Part shown: piece after piece, positions 9,151 to 13,714 of the stretch
Layout: the number at the start of each line of letters is the position of its first letter
Position numbering within the stretch: the first letter of the stretch is position 1
Source of the DNA: Octopus sinensis
Lineage: Eukaryota
Assembly (NCBI RefSeq): GCF_006345805.1
Contig: NW_021826042.1
Location: 1-13,714 of the forward strand
DNA length: 13,714 nucleotides
Direction of reading: 5' to 3'
Position numbers and translations under genes: made by a program
The notes under the pieces: generated by a model
The model's input: the letters and a program-made list of their open reading frames with translations, nothing else
The model's database searches: none
What the model was told of the DNA's origin: nothing

Positions 9151-9735
9151 GCATATATGTAATAATAATACATAGGCAGATAATGTAGCTAGATAGATAG
9201 ATGTAGACATTTAGAGGAAGGTCAATAACCTGTTCTTTTGCCTAAATTTTCTGCGGGAATAATAGAGACCCGTTTTTGTTTTTGCTTCGTTTTTTTTTTA
9301 TTTTATTTTGTTTTTTGTTGTTTTTTTTTTTTCATCTTGAATGCAGTCGTACTCTGACTAACCTGCTGGCATCCTGTAAAAAAAAGTTGAGTTTGAAAAT
9401 AAATTACGAAATAATACGAGGAAACCTGGTCTTGTTGAACTTTCTAATTACCGTCTTCGCCTTTCGTGCAAAATTCCTTACAGCCACTTCCGTTTCTTTC
9501 AAGCTTTCTTCCTTTCTGTTTCCGATTCTCGTCTCTCATAGTAAATTTGTCTTCAACATTCCAGAGAAAGCCTTTGGACAAAGGACGTGTTCGCTATTCC
9601 CAAACGACTAAATCATAATTTATCCGTATACAACTACATCTTTTAATGCCCCTATCATTCCGGACTACTAATGTCTTAGCTCATTGCATTGACTATCCCG
9701 TCTTTTTTTTTGTTGTTTTTTCCTTTTAAACCAAA

Positions 9736-10127
9736 TCTCTCTATATATAAAGCTGAAATTGTCAGTGTATGGCAGGTTTGGTCGCCTTCAACTAACACTA
9801 TCTCCTCCAAGACCCCGCTGAGCAAGTTGACCAAAATTGAGACTATGATAGAAGAAGGCTTGCTCTTCATTTCGTAGAAGAAAAAAATTAAATCGCATCA
9901 TGTTAACACCAAAAATTATTTACATCAAAAAGGTGCTTTTTTTCTATGAAAATCCCTATCTTTTACAATTTTTTGACTGCTGTGTCGCCATTTTTCGATG
10001 TACTTCAACCAGAAAAATGTTCACTTAAAGAAAATAACAAGCTACATAATGCAAAATTTTTACTTTTCAAAAATTCCAATTCTAAAGGGTCGAAACAAAC
10101 CCGAGCAACGCCGGGCGACACTGCTTG
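9736..10127 (+). mobile_element. Non-autonomous Helitron, 392 bp
   Basis: Begins TC (TCTCTCTATATATAAAG) after A9735. Subterminal hairpin CCCG-AGCAACGC-CGGG (10100-10115) lies 8 nt before a CTTG end (CTAG variant), followed by T10128. A|T target, no TSD. Confidence 0.82.
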
Positions 10128-10451
10128 TTACATTTAATGCTACGTCATCCAATGTGACATTCTGTTTTGTTTTGTTTTTATTTTTTTTTATTTAAACAGT
10201 GCGTTTCTGATAACAATGATCCTTAAATGATAGGAGGGAATTTTACGTCTCGAATACTGTTTGTCCTGTCCTAATCATTGTTCTTGATATTATTTATGTT
10301 GTTAATTTCTTATTTTATGTTAAGTTGGTCTTTCCTGGGGGCATTGACGGAAAGAAACATCAATCACGCCCTTTTCATTGTTTCGTCAGTAATAGTACAA
10401 AGCACCTGGCCCCTTATTAGTCAATATGTCCTCGATTCAAAAATAGTAATC

Positions 10452-10760
10452 GTTTCAACTGTTTCAAATTTTAGCACAAGGCCAGCAATTTCAATGTACT
10501 GGAGAATATTTTGTCGACCACGAAAGGATAAAATGTAAAATTGACTTCCGCGGTATTTGAACTCAGAACCGAAAGAGCCGGAAGAAATTTGAGGAAAGGG
10601 AATACAATTACATCAACCCCAGTGCATTACTGGTAGTCAGGTTTATCAAACTTTGGAGGCATGTAATTAAAAACTGACCACATGGCGTAAAGGGTTGGAA
10701 GAAAGCCCGTTGAGCATTTTATCCGACGCACCAAAGATTCTGACAGTTCACCGCCTTAAT
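10452..10760 (-). mobile_element. tRNA-derived SINE family B, rearranged copy with a nested fragment
   Basis: Minus-strand head aggcggtgaactgtcagaatc (A-box-like, about 10736-10756); B-box-like GAGTTCAAAT (10555-10564); catcaaccccagtg and ttttgtcgaccacgaaagg motifs shared with 10762-10905. Confidence 0.75.
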
Positions 10761-10761
10761 A

Positions 10762-10905
10762 ACCCTTTCTTCAGTAGGCACATGGTCTGAAACTTTGGAG
10801 GGGGACTGGTCTATTACATCGACCTTAGTGCTTAATTAGTACCTATTTTATCGACTTCGAAAAGCAAAATCCACCTAGGCAAAATTTAATCTCAGAGTGC
10901 AGATA
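10762..10905 (-). mobile_element. SINE family B, second copy (head degenerate)
   Basis: attacatcgaccttagtgcttaattagtacctattttatcgacttcgaaa...aatttaatctcaga, homologous to segments of 10452-10760. Confidence 0.75.
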
Positions 10906-11251
10906 TCTGAACGGACCAATATCTAAACGCTGCGAATTCAGCGCCTCCAAGATAGAAAGTTGTTTCTCACTATGAAATAAAGCACCATGACTGGAATTTG
11001 GATGCCTTAGAAAAAGTGTTTTGTTATCTTCTATTTAGTTTCTTAGCCAGAGACTAGGAGCTTGCTTGTGATGCCTGTCAGATGGTCATTCTTCTTTGCC
11101 TGAAAATCCTTGGTGTTCAAGTCTGTAATTGTAATGTTTGCTAACATAGAGCCAAGTCTAACAATATTTATTGTTATAAATACGAATTCAAGAAGGGCAG
11201 ATAAGCTTCAGTTTTCGAAGATGTTCATAACTATTCTATGACGCTATATGA

Positions 11252-11452
11252 CCTCTCTCTCTCTCTCTCTCTCTCTCGCTCTCTCTCTCTCCCCTCCCGC
11301 CCCTCTCTCTTCTCTCTCTGTATATATATGTATATATATATATATGTATATATATGTATATATGTATATATGTGTATACATACATATATATATATAATAT
11401 ATATATATATTATATATATATATCTTTCTATTCCCCCCCCTCTCTTCTCTGC
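11252..11452. repeat. (CT)n-(TA)n compound microsatellite within the LINE remnant
   Basis: Direct inspection. Confidence 0.95.
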
Positions 11453-12159
11453 TTGAACTTGGCAGATACTTTGCCGGGGCATATTCTACCAATATTCTTT
11501 GCATCGATATATGTTCAATAACAGAGTTATTGTCTATATCTATCTCGGGGGAAATCTTTCCTCCGGATAGCTCTGTATATTGTTTCAGAAAAGACCTCAT
11601 GCTGAAATAGGAGATTATATCTTCAAGACAGTTTTTGGGCAGTTGCCGTTCACAAGTGTAATGTCTTCTATAGTAATATGACGTAATCGAAATTTCTGAC
11701 TACCCCCGGGGGCATTAAAGGGAGTCACTCGCCCCTTTGTACAGTAGGTATATCGTAGACATCTTCTGGGGTTTCAATGCAGAAGAATAAGTTAACAACA
11801 GGGTCGGGATCGAATGGCCAAGATTCCAAGAGCTTTACATTCTTATTAATTTATCATCATCTTCAAATTCCAGTTCTATGTTGAGGTATGTTAATTCTAC
11901 GTTTCTGGGTTCATGCGTGCGTGTTGGCGGGGGAGGAGTGATTTCTTTTGTTTTTTTCTTGACGAGGTCATATTGACTCGTACGGAGTTATTCTCTTGAA
12001 TCTGGGGCAGCAGCGATTGGATGCTGTATCGCTTTTTTTGCTGACGTTGTAAAACAGCTGCCGTTTGAGCTGCCTGAGTGACACCATGAAAAAGAAAGAA
12101 TAAAAAGAAGACGACAGAAGCTGTATGCACGGAGTTTAATCCTATTTCTCATGCATTCC

Positions 12160-12260
12160 TTCAAAGAAAGAGAAAGGGTAGGAGGAGGAGGAGGAGATGG
12201 AGACAGAAAGAGACAGACAGACAGACACATACACACACGCACACAGACAGACAGACAGTC
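12160..12260. repeat. (GGA)n/(CAGA)n/(CA)n simple repeats
   Basis: Direct inspection. Confidence 0.88.
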
Positions 12261-12629
12261 AATACTACTGATTTTCCGGATGTTTGCAGTTGATGTTACG
12301 ACACTGCGGGATTTCGAATCCAGGATCTTAGTGTATACGGAATGGATTTTCCTTTATAGAAGAAACAGATATCTCAAATATTGGTATCGTATCATCACTG
12401 GTGCTACAAATGCATCTCGGGATATTATCTTCTCATTATAAGTGTAAAGAGGCGACCGTCATGTTCGGTTGGTGCGTGCGTCGTATATATATATGTAATT
12501 ATGTATGCAAGAGTGAGGGTTCCGGTTCGCATCTTGTTATCGGTAGCTTACGTTTATTAAGGACAAGAGCACTAGGCTAGGATTCATACAGGTTTAATAA
12601 CATAAAATAGCACACGGTATTTTGGTCCA

Positions 12630-13248
12630 GTGTATATATGTTTATATTAATGCATGTATCTATGCATGTATGCATCAATATATATATACATTTGTGCATG
12701 CCTGTATATACACACGTATATAAATACACACACACGTATTTAAAGATAACTCTCTCTCTCTCTCTCTCTCTCTCTATATCTATATATATATATATATATA
12801 ATATATTATATATATATATTTATAATATATATATATACACATACATATATAACTTATATATATATATATAATACATACAAATATATAGAGACACATATAA
12901 ATATATGTGTACGTATGTATATATATATACCGTACTTTTATATGTGTGTGTAGATATATATATATATACATATATATATATATTCATACATATATACACA
13001 CACATACATATATATAAATATATATGTATGTGTATATGTATGTATGTATTTACACACATTCACACATAGACTCACACTCAGATAATACACACGTGTGTGT
13101 GTGCATGTGTGTATGTGGGGGTGGGGGAGAGTATCATTACATGTATATTTATTAGTTTATACATACATGACTGCCATTATTCATGTGTCAATATTGTTGC
13201 ATACGTCCATACATATGCGTGTTACATATCTATAAACACACACATACA
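12630..13248. repeat. Compound (TA)n/(CT)n/(CA)n/(TG)n microsatellite region
   Basis: Direct inspection. Confidence 0.93.
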
Positions 13249-13714
13249 TTGCTTCCCAAACACATGGTTCCGGGTTCAGTCCCATGTCATGGCACCTTGG
13301 GCAAGTGACTTTTACTATAGCCTCGGACCCTCCAAAACCTTGTGAGTGGATTTGGTTGACGGAAACTGAAAGAAGCTCGTCTTGTATATACATGTATGTG
13401 TGGTGTGTGTGTATTTACGTATATGTGTCTGTATGTGTGTTTGTGCTCCCCTCACCGCATGACAACAGGTGCTGCTGTGTTTACATCCCCGTAACCTAGC
13501 GGTTCGATCAAATAAGAACCGATAGAATAAGTACGAAACTTAAGTAATAAGTCATGGGATCGATTTCTTCGACTAAAAAAATCCTTCTATGCGGCGCTCC
13601 AGCATGGCCGCCATCAAATGATTGAAACAGAATGTTAGAATGACAGAATAAAAATATAGCAGAATAACAGTATAATAGAATAAAAGAATAACAGAACGGA
13701 AGAATAACAGATGA
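13249..13714 (+). mobile_element. SINE family A copy, 5'-truncated (A box missing), with AGAATAAC-like tail
   Basis: B box GGTTCAGTCCC (13273-83); CORE-like CCTTGGGCAAGTGACTT (13295-311); internal TA/TG repeat at about 13385-13440; 3' module colinear with the reverse complement of 195-375; simple-repeat tail from about 13630. Confidence 0.88.

Larger units (their letters stand above)
9273..12085 (-). mobile_element. Decayed L1/Tx1-like LINE (RT to C-terminus plus A-rich tail), interrupted by later insertions
   Basis: Degenerate motifs on the minus strand, in the order expected for L1-clade ORF2, across stops and frameshifts: NVELTYL (11883-903, like D.VE..YL); VQRGE*LPL (11716-42, like VRQGCPLSP); ILL..EDITLV (11651-68, like YADDITL); LKQYTELSGGKISPE (11544-67 for SGGKISPE, like SG.KIN.EKS); KYL (11463-71); SYEHLRKLKLICPS*(W) (about 11190); LWLRN...HGALF (11052 to 10975, like FLW...GGL); GAL...RQCPQE.PT*H (about 10345, zinc knuckle-like); stop near 9404; A-rich tail at 9273-9332. 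Confidence 0.58.

Noticed and set aside
8780-9188. Poly-His, poly-Asp and poly-Ile ORFs as metal-binding or biomineralisation proteins
   Set aside because: All are frames of one (CAT)n/(TG)n array.
9676-10195. Small ORFs of 62-65 aa
   Set aside because: They lie within or across the non-autonomous Helitron and have no recognisable domain.
11700-12000. Receptor cytoplasmic tail with YDLV/YLNI/YDIP and PPPP motifs, or a TIR domain
   Set aside because: Needs read-through of two stops and a frameshift; the colinear RT motifs downstream explain the region more simply.
11897-12130. 77-aa ORF with a signal-peptide-like N-terminus (MHTASVVFFLFFLFHGVTQA)
   Set aside because: The hydrophobic stretch comes from a T/C-rich low-complexity tract, the start is GTG, and another frame lines up better with the LINE RT remnant.
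12151-12441. 96-aa ORF or candidate exon (DVTTLRDFESRILVYTEW...), or a 5' extension of the LINE
   Set aside because: The N-terminal half is simple repeat, and no convincing motif was found in any frame on either strand.
12460-12480. ttcggttggtgc as a mariner TIR
   Set aside because: Only about 10 bp of similarity and no partner TIR.

Overview
Eukaryotic, repeat-saturated non-genic DNA, most likely from an octopus or related cephalopod (inferred from the SINE, RTE and microsatellite content; not confirmed by a search). No intact protein-coding gene is supported, and nearly all ORFs in the track are translations of di-, tri- or tetranucleotide microsatellites. Between the simple repeats lie several mobile-element remnants. 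These are two mariner-derived MITE copies, three copies of a tRNA-derived SINE with a CORE-like motif and an internal microsatellite, and a rearranged cluster of a second tRNA-derived SINE. There is also a 392-bp non-autonomous Helitron, the C2H2-finger 3' end of an RTE-like LINE running into a (CAT)n array, and a heavily decayed minus-strand L1/Tx1-like LINE (about 9.27-12.09 kb) into which the Helitron, SINEs and a microsatellite are nested. The most notable signal is two same-strand minimal type-I hammerhead ribozyme motifs (7987-8022 and 8309-8345). They show covariation in stem I, and their predicted cleavage sites are 323 nt apart, a Penelope-pLTR or retrozyme-like arrangement.
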